A DNA stretch of 63,490 nucleotides, filler included, from Chiloscyllium plagiosum (GCF_004010195.1; 4 parts of one record of this genome joined end to end with filler, not necessarily neighbours in it); one strand, 5' to 3'; shown: positions 49,634 to 62,690, counted from the first letter of the whole stretch. Notes: generated by a model from the sequence alone, not told the origin. Program-made: numbers and translations.

Positions 49634-51056
49634 GGGAGAAAGTGAGGACTGCAGATGCTGGAGATCAGAGCTGAAAATGTGTTGCTGGAAAAGCGTAGCA
49701 GGTCAGGCAGCATCCAGGGAACAGGAGAATCGACGTTTCGGGCATAAGCCCTTCTTCAGGAATGAGGAAAGTGTGTCCAGCAGGCTAAGATAAAAGGTAG
49801 GGAGGAGGGGTGGGGTCTGAGGGCGGAGGTGCGGGATGTGGACGAGATGCGTTGNNNNNNNNNNNNNNNNNNNNNNNNNNNNNNNNNNNNNNNNNNNNNN
49901 NNNNNNNNNNNNNNNNNNNNNNNNNNNNNNNNNNNNNNNNNNNNNNNNNNNNNNNNNNNNNNNNNNNNNNNNNNNNNNNNNNNNNNNNNNNNNNNNNNNN
50001 NNNNNNNNNNNNNNNNNNNNNNNNNNNNNNNNNNNNNNNNNNNNNNNNNNNNNNNNNNNNNNNNNNNNNNNNNNNNNNNNNNNNNNNNNNNNNNNNNNNN
50101 NNNNNNNNNNNNNNNNNNNNNNNNNNNNNNNNNNNNNNNNNNNNNNNNNNNNNNNNNNNNNNNNNNNNNNNNNNNNNNNNNNNNNNNNNNNNNNNNNNNN
50201 NNNNNNNNNNNNNNNNNNNNNNNNNNNNNNNNNNNNNNNNNNNNNNNNNNNNNNNNNNNNNNNNNNNNNNNNNNNNNNNNNNNNNNNNNNNNNNNNNNNN
50301 NNNNNNNNNNNNNNNNNNNNNNNNNNNNNNNNNNNNNNNNNNNNNNNNNNNNNNNNNNNNNNNNNNNNNNNNNNNNNNNNNNNNNNNNNNNNNNNNNNNN
50401 NNNNNNNNNNNNNNNNNNNNNNNNNNNNNNNNNNNNNNNNNNNNNNNNNNNNNNNNNNNNNNNNNNNNNNNNNNNNNNNNNNNNNNNNNNNNNNNNNNNN
50501 NNNNNNNNNNNNNNNNNNNNNNNNNNNNNNNNNNNNNNNNNNNNNNNNNNNNNNNNNNNNNNNNNNNNNNNNNNNNNNNNNNNNNNNNNNNNNNNNNNNN
50601 CCCTCTCCCACTCCACCAAGGATATGCAGGTCTTTGGACTCCTCCATCGCCTGACCACAACAACACGACGGTTGGAGTAAGAGCGCCTCATCTTCCGCCT
50701 AGGACCCCTCCAACCACAAGGGATGAACTCGGATTTCACCAGTTTCCTCATTTCCCCTCCCCCCACCTTGTCTCAGTCAAATCCATCAAACTCAGCACCG
50801 CCTTCCTAACCTGCAATCTTCTTCCTGACCTCTCTGCCCCCATCCCAGTCTGATCTATCACCCTCACCTTGACCTCTTTCCACCTATCGCATTTCCGACG
50901 CCCCTCCCCCAAGTCCCTCCTCCCTACCTTTTATCTTAGCCTGCTGGACACACTTTCCTCATTCCTGAAGAAGGGCTTATGCCCGAAACATCGATTCTCC
51001 TGTTCCCTGGATGCTGCCTGACCTGCTGCGCTGTTCCAGCAACACATTTTCAGCTC
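49634..51056. mobile_element. PLE family A locus: inverted pseudo-LTR (49634-49820, -), 746-N gap (49855-50600), GIY-YIG end and pseudo-LTR (50601-51056, +)
   Basis: SHSTKDMQVFGLLHR..RLIFRLGPLQPQGMN; hammerhead cores at 49759-49732 (-) and 50965-50992 (+); near-identical inverted termini. Confidence 0.88.
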
Positions 51057-51489
51057 AGTAGTATTTGTTGCAGGAGTAGAATCACTTTCAGTTTTAGTTT
51101 ATGGCATGCAACATCTGTCATGTAATGTACTTGAAGAACCCAACATTGATGTGGAATGGCCCTGCAGAAAGCAATCTCCATGCCCTTGTTTTTGAAAACC
51201 CCTACTCTCTTGCCCCTCTTACCTCCCCTCACTAGCAACACTCATGCCTTCCTGTTATGTCTACAGCCAGCCCACAAAACAGGGAGATTGTGATGTCTGT
51301 TGTAATATGGGGTCTGACAAAACTCATGGCAGAATTGTCATTTAATTTGCAGTGGAGATCACCCCGTAATAAGTGCAACTTCAAACCTTCATTATTTAGA
51401 TTCTTCACTGAATGAGTGACCTGACATTTTGGAAGGAAGATTATTGAAGAGGGGTTGGGTGGAATTAACGTTTGCACTTCTTTTCAAGC

Positions 51490-54400
51490 AAAAAACAAGA
51501 GTAGGCCAATCGGGCCTTTGAGCCTACTCCGCCATTCAATAAGATCATGGTTGATTTAATTTTAACCTCAATTCTGTATTCCTGATGATGTTTCATTGCA
51601 TTGGTAATCAAGAATCTATCTAACTGTGCCTTAAAAAAATACTGAAAGGTTCTGGATCCACTGCCTTTTGAGGAATGGAATTCCAAAGTCGTTCAACCCT
51701 GAGTGAAGAAATGTTTTGTCATCTCTCTCTTAAATTGTCAATCCCTAATTTTAAACTGAAACTTTCATATTTCATGAATAATAAGTTTAGCAGTTCTTAA
51801 TCCTGTTTATAAGAGATAGAGGAAATATATGGGCAATTGCAGGAATAGGATGATTGACATGTCTACATCCTGGTAGATTATGATTTTTTCATGTCTTACT
51901 GATCGGGATCATTCCATTCTAGTGACTTAGAATAACAGATTGGGAAGGATTTGTTTTTCATATTCAGTTATAACCTTTTAATTTTAACTAAAATTATCAA
52001 GAGGGGAATTATGGCTGTAAATCCTCTTCCTCTCTTGTCTGAATGCAACCTTAAGTTTTGACATCCTGGAATTGAATCTCAAGTGAAAAGGATGCAACAG
52101 TATAATCTATTTAGACTACTTTTTTCCTACAAGGATGACTTGTTATTTGTATCTTAAGATTTAACTATTTTCCATTAATTTCACATAGCATTTGCCAAGG
52201 ATCCAACTGATTTTCTAAGACTGCATCAATAAGTTGTTCACTTATTTGTCAGCTACAGTTCTCCTGTTGTCATCAACTACTCCAAATCTAAGACTGTGTG
52301 GAGATGAGGAGAAATTTTCTCTCTGAGGGTAGTGAATCTATGGAATTTTTATCCAACAGTGCTGTATTGTTGTTAAGTATATTCAAGGTTCAGGAAACAG
52401 ATTTGTAATCAGTAAGGAATCAAGGGTTATGGAGAATAAGTACAAAAGTGGAGTTAAGGAATATCAAAGCAGTCAGGATCTTGATGACTCACTGGAGCAG
52501 ACTCATTGGGTCAAATAGCTGACTTTTGCTCCTACATCTTACAGTCTTATTGTCCCAAGGGACTCCTGTATTATCTGACTGGTGTTTTTTCTTTGTCTAA
52601 CAGTCATGCATTCTTTTTCTGTCTGCGTACTCTACTTGTGGTGTGACTATTCCACTGTATGTTGTGCCCACGATGATCTTAGTCATGTGGATAGTCTACA
52701 ATGACTCTAGCTGCTGCTAAAAAATCTTATACTTGAGCAAGTTAGCATTGAGGAGAAGGAGGTGTTAGCTATTTTAGCAGGCTTGGAAGTGGATAAGACC
52801 CAGGGCAAGATGAGATATATCACAGGCTGAGGGATGCAGGATTTGGGATTGTAGATGCTCTGACATCAACTTTCAGTTGTTCTCTGGCTACTGGAGGAGT
52901 GGGAGAACAACTAATGTGGTGTCATTATTCAAGAAGTGTCATGGGGATAAACCAGGCAACTACATGCAGTGAGTCTGTGGTAGGAAAAGTATTGAAAAAA
53001 AGTTGACAGAATTAATCTCCATTTGAAGAGGTGAGGATTAATCAAGAATAGTCAGTCAGCCTGACTATATAAAAGGATGATTTTTAACAATTTTTGAGGC
53101 AATGACTTTGTGTAAAGATTGGTTTAGTGCTGTTGATGCATGGACTTCAGTGTGGCTTTTGACAAAGTTTCACCTGGAAAATTTGTTTAGCAACACAGCA
53201 AGATAGCAAATTGGATCCAACACTGCATTCAAGTTATAGAGGTCTATAGCACAGGCCGAACAAGTCTGCACTGGTCATAAACAAGCATCTAACTTTTCTA
53301 ATCCCATTTTCCAGCACTTGGTCTGTAGCCCTGTATGCATTGACATTGCAAGTGTACACCTAAATACTTCTTAAATGTTATGAGTGTTTCTGCTTCAACC
53401 ACCCGACCAGGCAATGAGTTTCAGATTTCTAGCATCCTCTAGGTGAAACATAAGTTGGGATACTACCAACATACTACAATAACCCTCGTCTCTCTTGTTT
53501 AATTGTAACCAGCCAACTAGAAAAAAAAAGTTACTTATTATACTCCTCTCACCTGCTTTGCAGAGGCCATAATTTGCTCGCTTGGTTCTGCCCCTAAACT
53601 TCTAAAAAAAACTTTAGATTTAACACAGTAACTTGAAGTAAAATGCTAAATTGCAGACAAGGAGTCCCAGATTTCATCTAAGATTAACCCTTACAGCTTA
53701 AGACTTTTATCAGCACTTTTATCTCTTCACAATCTTAACAGTCTTCACCAGTGCACTCTGAGATGCCAGTGCAAATCCTCTGTGCAAGAGAACTAGGAAG
53801 AGGAATTGGATCATGTATGCCAACTGCTGTGAGCTGGTAGCGAGAGATAAAGAAGGACAGCACCCAAAAATTGGAGCACATTGCCATAATGGTGACCTAG
53901 GATTGAAGACCTAGTGCCGCGAGTAGTACACACCAAAGCCATTGATAGAGGCTGGAAAGTCGAGAAAGGGTATTTGATAAAGCCAGCAGTTGCAGGAGAC
54001 CTACTAAACAATCTGGGCAAAAACCCTGAGTTCAAGAGACAATTAAGAGAAAAAGATCTCTTTTCAAATAAAGTAGTTAGTGAAACATGGTCCCAGGAAT
54101 TTAGCCATATGAACATATTCAACTGAGCATGTTATCCAGCTGATTAGATATCAAGAGTTAAATTGTACGAGAATATTTTGATGGATCTGAAACATTGGGC
54201 AGATGTCCATCATAAATAGTTCATTCCTCTGAATTACACTTTTCTATTAATATCTCTAAAGATACATTGCCAATGAAATAAATAATTCCTCTTTAAGATT
54301 CTTTGCCCAGTGCATTTGTTTTAATGTCCTGTAACTTTTGGTACACAAATAAGATCATAAGCATTCGGAACAGGAGTAGGCAATTCAGCCCTTTGAGCCT

Positions 54401-54490
54401 GATCTGTCATTAGGCCTGCTCTGTCGTTAACAGCTGATCCGGCCTTCATGTCTACTTTTCTACCCTTTCCCCATAACCCTTGATTCCCCT
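51490..54490. mobile_element. Cluster of old CR1-type fragments (~51490-51755 -, 52290-52550 +, 52730-53222 +, 53235-53450 -, 54352-54490 -)
   Basis: Decayed CR1 motifs and tails (aagatcataagc..aggagtaggc; ctaatgtggtgtcattattcaagaag; ggacttcagtgtggcttttgacaaagt). Confidence 0.65.
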
Positions 54491-54698
54491 ACATACGTCG
54501 TTGTTGATGTTGCCCTAAAGCTAATGATAAAAAAAATTCTCTGCGCCAACCCAGTATTCAACTCTACGTTAAATTGTTAATGGAAATCAACCCCATAGGA
54601 GCCAATAATGGGACTAATTAATTCTCCACAGCAACAATGTGCATTTATGTAGAAAAACATAATAGTTGAATGCTGAAAATCTAACATAAGAGAAGAAG

Positions 54699-55155
54699 TG
54701 GGCAGCACGGCGGCACTGTTGCACTGTTAGCACTGTTGCCTCACAGCGCCAGAGACCCGGGTTCAATTCCCGCCTCAGGCAACTGTCTGTGTGGAGTTTG
54801 CACATTCTCCCCGTGTCTGCATGGGTTTCCTCTGGGTGCTCCAGTTTCCTCCCACAGTCCAAAAATGTGCAGGTTAGGTGAATTGGCCATGCTAAATTGC
54901 CCGTAGTGTTAGGTGAAGGGGTAAATGTTGGGGAATGGGTCTGGTCTTTGGACTGTGGGAGGAAACCGGAGCACCCGGAGGAAACCCACGCAGACACGGG
55001 GAGAATGTGCAAACTCCACACAGTCAGTCGCCTGAGGCGGGAATTGAACCCGGGTCTCTGGCGTTGTGAGGCAGCAGTGCTAACCACTGTGCCACCGGGC
55101 CGCCCACTTGTTGGGCCGAAAGGCCTGTTTCCACACTGTAAGTAATCTAATCTAA
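54699..55155. mobile_element. HE1-type SINE (+) containing an inverted SINE 5' half (54947-55106, -)
   Basis: + head and core at 54699-54944, reverse-complement head at 54947-55106, then the normal + tail cttgttgggccgaaaggcc...taatctaatctaa. Confidence 0.9.
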
Positions 55156-55689
55156 CCAAAAGCCCTTGAAATGCTCAGCAGGATGTAACAGAATGCGTAG
55201 ACAGGGCTAAGGATATCCAAGTGCTAAGTGGATGATTCATCTCAGCATCCTCCTGAGGTCCAGAGCATGAAGATAACAGTCTTCAGCCAATGCAATCCAC
55301 TTCACATGAGATCAAGTAACAGCTGAAGGCTCCTTCATCTGAGAGCTTTGGAAGAGGATCAGAAGATGCAACATTTGTGGCAACATTACAGTGTCATGCA
55401 ATTGAAATGATATATTGAACAAACCTAAATTGCTGTTAAGTTTTTCATCGGTTAGAATGGATTGTGAGTTTCAGTTCATTAATATGTAAATCCCAGAACT
55501 TCTTTTAAGTCACATTTTTGAGATAACTTAAGGGTTTTATGAGAAGAGATGAGACTATCAAGGTCTGTGAATGCAAGTACAAGAATTTCAAAACTGAGTG
55601 CAAATGATTACATAACATATTTCAAATGTACAAAATGATGCTTCTGAAACTATTGATTACTTTTTTGTCTACATTTCAAAAGCAGTGCT

Positions 55690-56160
55690 TTTACCAGGAT
55701 GTTGCTGGGAACGGAAGGTTTGAGTTATAAAAAAAGACTGGATAGGCTGGGATTTATTTCACTGGAGTGTCGGAGGTTAAAAGGCAATCTTATAAAAGTT
55801 TGTAAAATCATGAAGGATATAGATAGGGTTAATGGTAGTTGTCTTTTCTCTAGGATGGGGGATTTCAAGACAAGGGCGTATATTTTTAAGGTGAGGAGAA
55901 ACAGATCGAAAAAAGGTATGGGACAAATTCTTTTACATAAAGGGTGGTTCACATGTGGAATGAACTTCCTGGGGAAGTGTGGATGTGGGTACAATTACAA
56001 CATTTAAAACTCATTTGTATAAGTACATGAATAACAAATGTTTGGAAGGATATGAGCCAGGAGCAGGCAGGTGTGACTAGTTTAATTTGGGATTATGTTC
56101 GCGTGGACTGGTTGGGCCGAAGGGTCTATTTCTGTGCTGTATGACTCTCTGGCTCTATTG
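55690..56160 (+). mobile_element. CR1/HER1-type LINE 3' end
   Basis: EGLSYKKRLDRLGFISLECRRLKGNLIKVCKIMK; tail atgactct. Confidence 0.88.
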
Positions 56161-57524
56161 TAATAGTCATTCAATTTCTTTTTACTTCTCTTTCCTGAGC
56201 ATTTTAAGAACATCATGAATCTGTAATTTTGAGGACCGTTTATCCACAGAAAGCTTATCATTATTATAATTAGTGAACATTGATGGCTCTATTGGTGGAA
56301 TTCTTACAGTCCGTGTCCTTGATCCTTTTAACTACCAGCTTAGGTACAATCGGAGATTAAATTTACATATTATTTTGGTATGGTTTGCCATTTGTATGTT
56401 AACAAAAATTGTTTACATAACAGAAGTTTGATTTTAAAGGAATTAATTAAAACAGCCATTTTAATTATACAATATTTCTTCTTTGCATTGAGCTTTTCTG
56501 ATCAAACGCAGAGATTTTTACCAGTAGGTGATTTTGTTGTATGTTAGTATCTCATAACTTAAACTAATTTAGTAAATGGAGTTATGTTTAGTTTTTCTGA
56601 TCATTCCTCTCCACACCTTACTCACAACTTGGCACATTATTCTCTGAAATTTGTGTTTCAGAACTACAGGACATATCAGTGTCAATTTGTGATGAGTTTA
56701 TAGTACATACATGCACATTTATTGTGCTGAAATTACTTAAAGCACTAAAATGATGTGCACTATTGAGGAACTTTCTCTTACATCCTATTGTCTTGCAGTG
56801 TAATGCCAGTGAAGTATAAAGTGTCTTAAAGTGAAATCTTTCCGGATTTGTTACATTGGGGCCTGACCACCTTTTATGTTGGAAGAACTGCTGACAGTCT
56901 ATGTTTTTATGAATTCTGAAAGTGTGGCCATGGTGTTCCCTTCACCAACAGTCAAAAAACATGTTGATGGCTTCCTGTCAATGGTTATCCATAAGTAATG
57001 GCAACTTGAGAAAGATGCTCCAGAATAGCCAATACTCGTGGAACAATGAATCAATATATTCAGGAATAGAGGAAAACTGAATAAAAAATTTAAATGATAT
57101 TATAACAGTTTCCTTTTTAGGTATCATTAAGGTATAAATATTCAATAGCGTGTAAAAAGAAAGGAAAGTTATAGCCTGCTAGTGAGTTGGAAAATCATCT
57201 GTCAGGTGACAGTTTTTATTTAAGAGTTGGCTCAGATTTATAGTGAACTAATCAGGAACTGATAACTGAAATGTTCTCTCTCCATCACCTATAAAAAAAA
57301 GCTCTGGTATTTGAGCAGTCTAATATTTTAAAAATAACATTGGATTTGTTCCCAGATTATGCTCCTGACATTTACTGAATAATAGGTGTAGCTTGATGGT
57401 TATACTGGGGAAATTTGGAGCTTCGTAGCCCCAATTCTGAAGACATAACTTAAATTTTCATATGGTTTTAGATGAAGGTTGACTTCTACAGACTGGACTT
57501 GCAGGTTTTGTATATTTCAGTTTT

Positions 57525-57767
57525 CAGAGCTTAAACATGTGTTGCTGGAAAAGCGCAGCAGGTCAGGCAGCATCAAAGGAACAGGAGAATCGACGTTTCG
57601 GGGCATAAGCCCTTCTTCAGGAATGAGGAGGGTATGCCAAGCAGGCTAAGATAAAAGGTAGGGAGGAGGGACTCGGGAGAGGGGCGTTGGGAATACGATA
57701 CGTGGAAGGAGGTTAAGGTGAGGGTGATAGATCAGAGAGGGGGTGGGGCGGAGAGGTCGGGAAGAAG
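57525..57767 (-). mobile_element. PLE family A pseudo-LTR, inverted, with hammerhead core at 57620-57592
   Basis: Same sequence family as 49670-49810. Confidence 0.88.
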
Positions 57768-57867
57768 NNNNNNNNNNNNNNNNNNNNNNNNNNNNNNNNN
57801 NNNNNNNNNNNTTAATTAATTAANNNNNNNNNNNNNNNNNNNNNNNNNNNNNNNNNNNNNNNNNNNN

Positions 57868-58920
57868 CTGCTCCTTGGATGCTGCCTGGCCTGCTGTGTT
57901 GTCCAGCACCACATTTTTCAACTCTGGTCTCCAGCATTTGCAGTCCTCACTTTTTCCTAGTTGATCTTGACCTACTGTGAATCCTCTTGCAAGGATGCCT
58001 ACCTTGAAGAAGCTCCCCTCCTCCCTCTACAAGGATCTCAGTGAGTCCCTCTCTCACTGCACCCCCCAGGTCACCTCCTCTACCTTCAAGATATTCAGCC
58101 ACGTCCTGAGACAAACTCACTACTCCAGCCTCATCTCTTTCCTTAGCACCTGCCTACGGAACCAACTGACCCCACATGGACTCCGGACTACATTCCAACC
58201 AACACAATTTGGACCCAACCAGGACATCCTGTACCTGCAAAAAATCCGAAGCCTGCTGTCGCAAATTCAGCTGCACCTCCACACACATCAATTACTATAT
58301 CCACTGCACCCGATGTGGTCTCATCTGCATTGGGGATACAGACCATCTACTTGCCGAACGTTTCATGGAACACCTCTGGGACACCGGCACTGACCAACCC
58401 AACCGCACCGTGGCGGAAAACTTTAGCTCCCCCTCCAAGTCCGCCAATGACATGCAGGTCCTTGGCCTCCTCCATCGCCAGACCCTGGTCACATGACGCC
58501 TGGAGGAAGAGCGCCTCATCTTCCGCCTAGGAAACTTCCAATCACATGGGATGAATGTAGTTTTCTCCAGCTTCCTCATTTTCCCTCCCCCCACCTCATC
58601 TCAGTTCCAACCCTCGGATTCAGCACCGTCCTCTTGACCTGCAATCTTCTTACCGACCTCTCCGCCCCCACCCCCTTTCCAGCCTATCACCTTCACCCTC
58701 ACCTCCTTCCACCTATCATATTCCCAGCGCCCCTCTCCCAAATTCCCTCCCCCCTACCTTTTATCTCAGCCCGCTTGGCTCACCAACCTCATTCCTGAAG
58801 AAGGGCTTATGATTGAAACGTCGATTCTTCTGCTCCTCGGATGCTGCCTGGCCTGCTGCGCTTTTCTAGCACCACACTTTTCAACTCTGGTCTTCAGCAT
58901 CTGCAGTCCTCACTTTCTCC
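57868..58920 (+). mobile_element. Internally deleted Neptune-type PLE: 5' repeat, ORF N-terminus, GIY-YIG remnant, 3' pseudo-LTR; no RT
   Basis: Direct repeats at 57868-57958 and 58830-58920; ATG at 57995 leads to LISFLSTCLRNQLTPHGL; jump at ~58248 to FSCTSTHINYYIHCTRCGLICIGDT. Confidence 0.85.
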
Positions 58921-58924
58921 CCTC

Positions 58925-60545
58925 AAAGATCAGCAAGGTGGCCTTTGTGTGGAGGCACAGGAGATGGGCAGATACTAAATGGGTATTTTGCATCAGTGTT
59001 TACTTTGGAGAAGGACATGGAAGATATAGAATGTGGGGAAATAGATGCCTCCTTTTTCTTCCTTATTTTCTCATCAATATCCTCAGGCCCCTCCATAGTA
59101 CCCTTTGGATATCCCTTATTATTGAAAAATGTCTATGTTACACAAGAGCAAATGCTGGATGTCTTGAAATGCATAAAAGTGGATAAATCCTCAGAACCTG
59201 ATCAAGTGGACCCTAGAACCCTGTGTGAAGCTAGGGAAGCAATTGCTGGGCCCCTTGCTGAGATATTTGTATCATCAATAGTCACTGATGAGGTGCCAGA
59301 AGACTGGAGGTTGGCTAACATGGTGTCACTGTTTAAGAAGGGTGGTAAGGACAAGTCAGGGAACTATAGACCAGTGAGCCTGACGTCGGTGGTAGGCAAG
59401 TTGTTGGAGGGAATCCTGAGGGACAGCATTTAACTGTATTTGGAAAGGCAAGGACTGATTAGGGATAGTCAACATGGCTTTGTGCGTGGGAAATCATGTC
59501 TCACAAACTTGATTGAGCTTTTTGAAAAAGTAACAAAGAGGATTGATGAGGGCAGAGCAGTTGACGTGATCTATATGGACTTCAGTAAAGAGTTTTACAA
59601 GGTTCCCCATGGGAAACTGATTAGCAAGGTTAGATCTCATGGAATACAGGGAGAACTAGCCATTTGGATACAGAACTGGCTCAAAGAAGACAGAGGGTGG
59701 CGGTGGAGGGTTGTTTTTCAGACTGGAGGCCTGTGACCAGTGGAGTGCCACAAGGATCAGTGCTGGGTCCACTACTTTTCAACATTTACATAAATGATTT
59801 GGATGCGAGCATAAGAGGTACAGTATACACTTAATGGTAAGGTCCTAGGGACTGTTGCTGAACAAAGAGACCTTGGAGTGCAGGTTCATAGCTCCTTGAA
59901 AGTGGAGTCGCAGGTAGATAGGAGAGTGAAGAAGGCGTTTGGTATGCTTTCCTTTATTGGTCAGAGTATTGAGTACAGGAGTTGGGAGGTCATGTTTCAG
60001 CTGTACAGGACATTGGTTAGACCACTGTTGGAATATTGCGTGCAATTCTGGTCTCCTTCCTATTGAAAGGATGTTGTGAAACTTGAAAGGGTTCAGAAAA
60101 GATTTACAAAGATGGTGCCAGGGTTGGAGGATTTGAGCTATAGGGAGAGGCTGAACAGGCTGGGGCTGTTTTCCCTGGAGCATCGAAGGCTGAGGCGTGA
60201 CCTCATTGAGGTTTATAAAGTCATGAGTGGCATGAATAGGATAAATTGACAAAGTCTTCTCCCTGGAGTGGGTGAGTCCAGAACTAGAGGGCATAGGTTT
60301 AGGGTGAGAGGGGCAAGATATAAAAGAGACCCAAGGGTCAACTTTTTCATGCAGAGGGTGGTACATGTATGGAATGAGCTGCCAGAGGAAGTGGTGGAGC
60401 TTGGTACAATTGCAACATTTGAAAGGTACCTGGATGGGTATATGAATAGGAAGGGTTTGGAGAGACATGGGCCAAATGGGACTAGATTAGGTTGGGATAT
60501 CTAGTTCAACCAAAGGGTCTGTTTCCATGCTGTACATCTCTATGA
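58925..60545 (+). mobile_element. CR1/HER1-type LINE, 5'-truncated and disabled ORF2 with 3' tail
   Basis: VPEDWRLANMVSLFKKG..NYRPVSLTSVVGKLLE and SQHGFVRGKSCLTNL; stops, frameshifts and an internal deletion near 59824. Confidence 0.95.
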
Positions 60546-61446
60546 CAGGTAGATTTGTGATATTGGTCATTTCAATACCCCAGGGTAAACTGGGAATAAG
60601 ATAAAGTGTGGGGCAACGGAGGAAAGAAATTCCTGCAATGTGTGCAGGAGAACTTTCTGAAATAATACATTTCCAATCCTCCCAGGTGAGGGGCTGGACC
60701 TATTCCTAGGAAGTGAAGCAGGCCAAGATGAGAATGACAGAGTAGGGGAGCATTTGGGAAATAGTGATCATATAGGAGCCACAACATGACCTCCCAACTC
60801 CTATATTCAATGCTCTGACCAAAAAGGAAAGCATACCAAATGCCTTCTTCACTGTCCTAGAGATGTCGCAGAGTCTTCTAGCTCAGGCAAATAATTGGTC
60901 AATTTTATTTTCTTAACTCTGGTTAAATGTAAGGCTTTTGATAAAGTTAAATACTCCCTGAATTACATAAAATTAGATAATGCCTCCTCCAAAGCTCCTA
61001 TGATAACATGATTCTGAATGTATTCATCTTTTAGGGCTCCACATTCACAGCTCTCAGCTAGTGTTTAGAAATTACTAATAAAGGAAATAACACAGTCTGT
61101 TGGTTAATTAAACCTGTTACATTTTGTCTGCTTTGTAATGGTGTTCCTCTGAAGGCTTAAGAAGCTTTTATAACATCTTCCTATCTCGCAGTTTATTCAT
61201 TAAACCCTTTCTGACCAAGATGTCACCTGCAGTACCACCAATGACAATAGAGAAGGATATTGACCAGTTCCGCATTAGGTGTTTCAGAGCTATTGATATA
61301 TCCACAAAGTTAGCTCTGCCACCTCTCAGCCTGATGTGGTTTGGTCCATTCTCGAAACCTTTAGTCATTCATTTGTATTCCATTGTTTCACAGATTGTCC
61401 TTTCGCCCCCTCACCACCTGCACAAAGCATTTAGTTTATCAAAGTT

Positions 61447-62690
61447 GAGGGTGATGGCCTTGTGGTATCTTCACTTGACTATTAATCAGAAACTCAGCGA
61501 ATGTTCTGGGGACCTGGTTTTGAGTCCCACCAGAGCAGATGGTAGAATTTGAATTCAATAAAACTTACCTGGAAGGAAGATGACTGTGAAACCATTGTTG
61601 GAAAAACCTGCTGGTTCACTGATGCCCTTCAGGGAAGGAAACTACCTTCCCTTCCGGGTCTGGCCTACATGTGAATCTAGACCCACAGCAATGTGCTGAC
61701 TCTCAACTGCCCTCTTTAATGGCCTAGCAAGCCACTCAGTTATATTAATCACAACAAAGACTCAGCAACGAAATGAAACAGACAGTCTATCTGGCATCAA
61801 CCTAGGCATCGGTAAAGACAATGGCAGAAACAGCCCTGTTGACCCTGCAAAGTCCTTCTCACTAACATCTGGGGACTAGTGCCAAAATTGGGAGAGATGT
61901 CTCACAGACTAGTCAAGCAACATGGAGAAAGTGAGACTGCAAATGCTTGAGATCAGAATCGAGAGTGTGATGCTGGGAAAGCACAGAAGGTCAGGCATTA
62001 TCCGAGGAGCAGGAGAATCGACGTTTCAGGCAAGAGCCCTTCATCAGGAATGAGTTAAGCAACAGCCTGACATAGTTACACTCATGGTATCATACCTTAC
62101 AGACAATGTCCCAGACACCACCATCACCATCCATGGTTATATCCTGTCCCACTGACAGGACAGACCCAGCAGGTACAGTGGATACAGTCGGGAGGGAGTT
62201 ACTCTGAGAGTTCTCAACACTGACTCCAGACCCCGTGAAGTACTGATGGCTTCAGGTTAAACAAGAGCAAGGATTACCCCTGCTGATGAATCGATATCCT
62301 CCATGTTGAGCAACACTTAAAGAGAACACTGAGGATGGCAAGGGCACAGAATATTCTCTCGGTAGGGGATTTCAATGTCCACCCACAAAGAGTGACTCAG
62401 CAGCAGTACTACTGATCGAGCTGGTTGGGTCCTAAAGGACATAGCTGCTCAACTTGATCAGCAGCAGGTGGTGAGGGAACCAACAAAAGGGAAAAACATA
62501 CTTGACCTCATCCTCATCAATTCACCAGCTGCAGATGCATCTGTCCATGATAGTATCGGTAAGAGTGACCACTGCACAGTGCCAGTGGAGACAAAGTCCA
62601 GCCTTCACAATGAGAATAACCTCTATGGTGTTGTGTGGTACCATCACTGTGCTAAATGAGACAGAATTCAAACAGAGATAAGGTGGGCAC
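61447..62690 (+). mobile_element. LINE 5' part: tRNA/SINE-like head followed by a decayed AP-endonuclease region
   Basis: TNIWGLVPKLGEMSHRLVKQQPDIV..SYLTD..GY from 61861, and VVREPTKGKNILDLIL..IGKSDHCTV; A-box-like 61455-61465 and B-box-like 61516-61527. Confidence 0.75.
61923..62052 (-). mobile_element. Solo PLE family A terminus with hammerhead core (62047-62020) inserted in the LINE endonuclease region, 12-bp TSD
   Basis: AGTCAAGCAACA at 61911-61922 and AGTTAAGCAACA at 62053-62064; removing the insert restores the reading frame KQQPDIV. Confidence 0.88.

Noticed and set aside
49703..50853. Long ORFs spanning 49.7-50.8 kb (and 10.2-11.6 kb)
   Set aside because: They are open only because they run through N gaps.
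49620..51070. TSD around the gap-spanning PLE locus
   Set aside because: Only cagta is shared and the left flanking LINE does not resume on the right, so a single clean insertion is not supported.
53914..54126. 70-aa ORF with protein-like composition
   Set aside because: No recognisable family or splice context; cannot be supported without a search.
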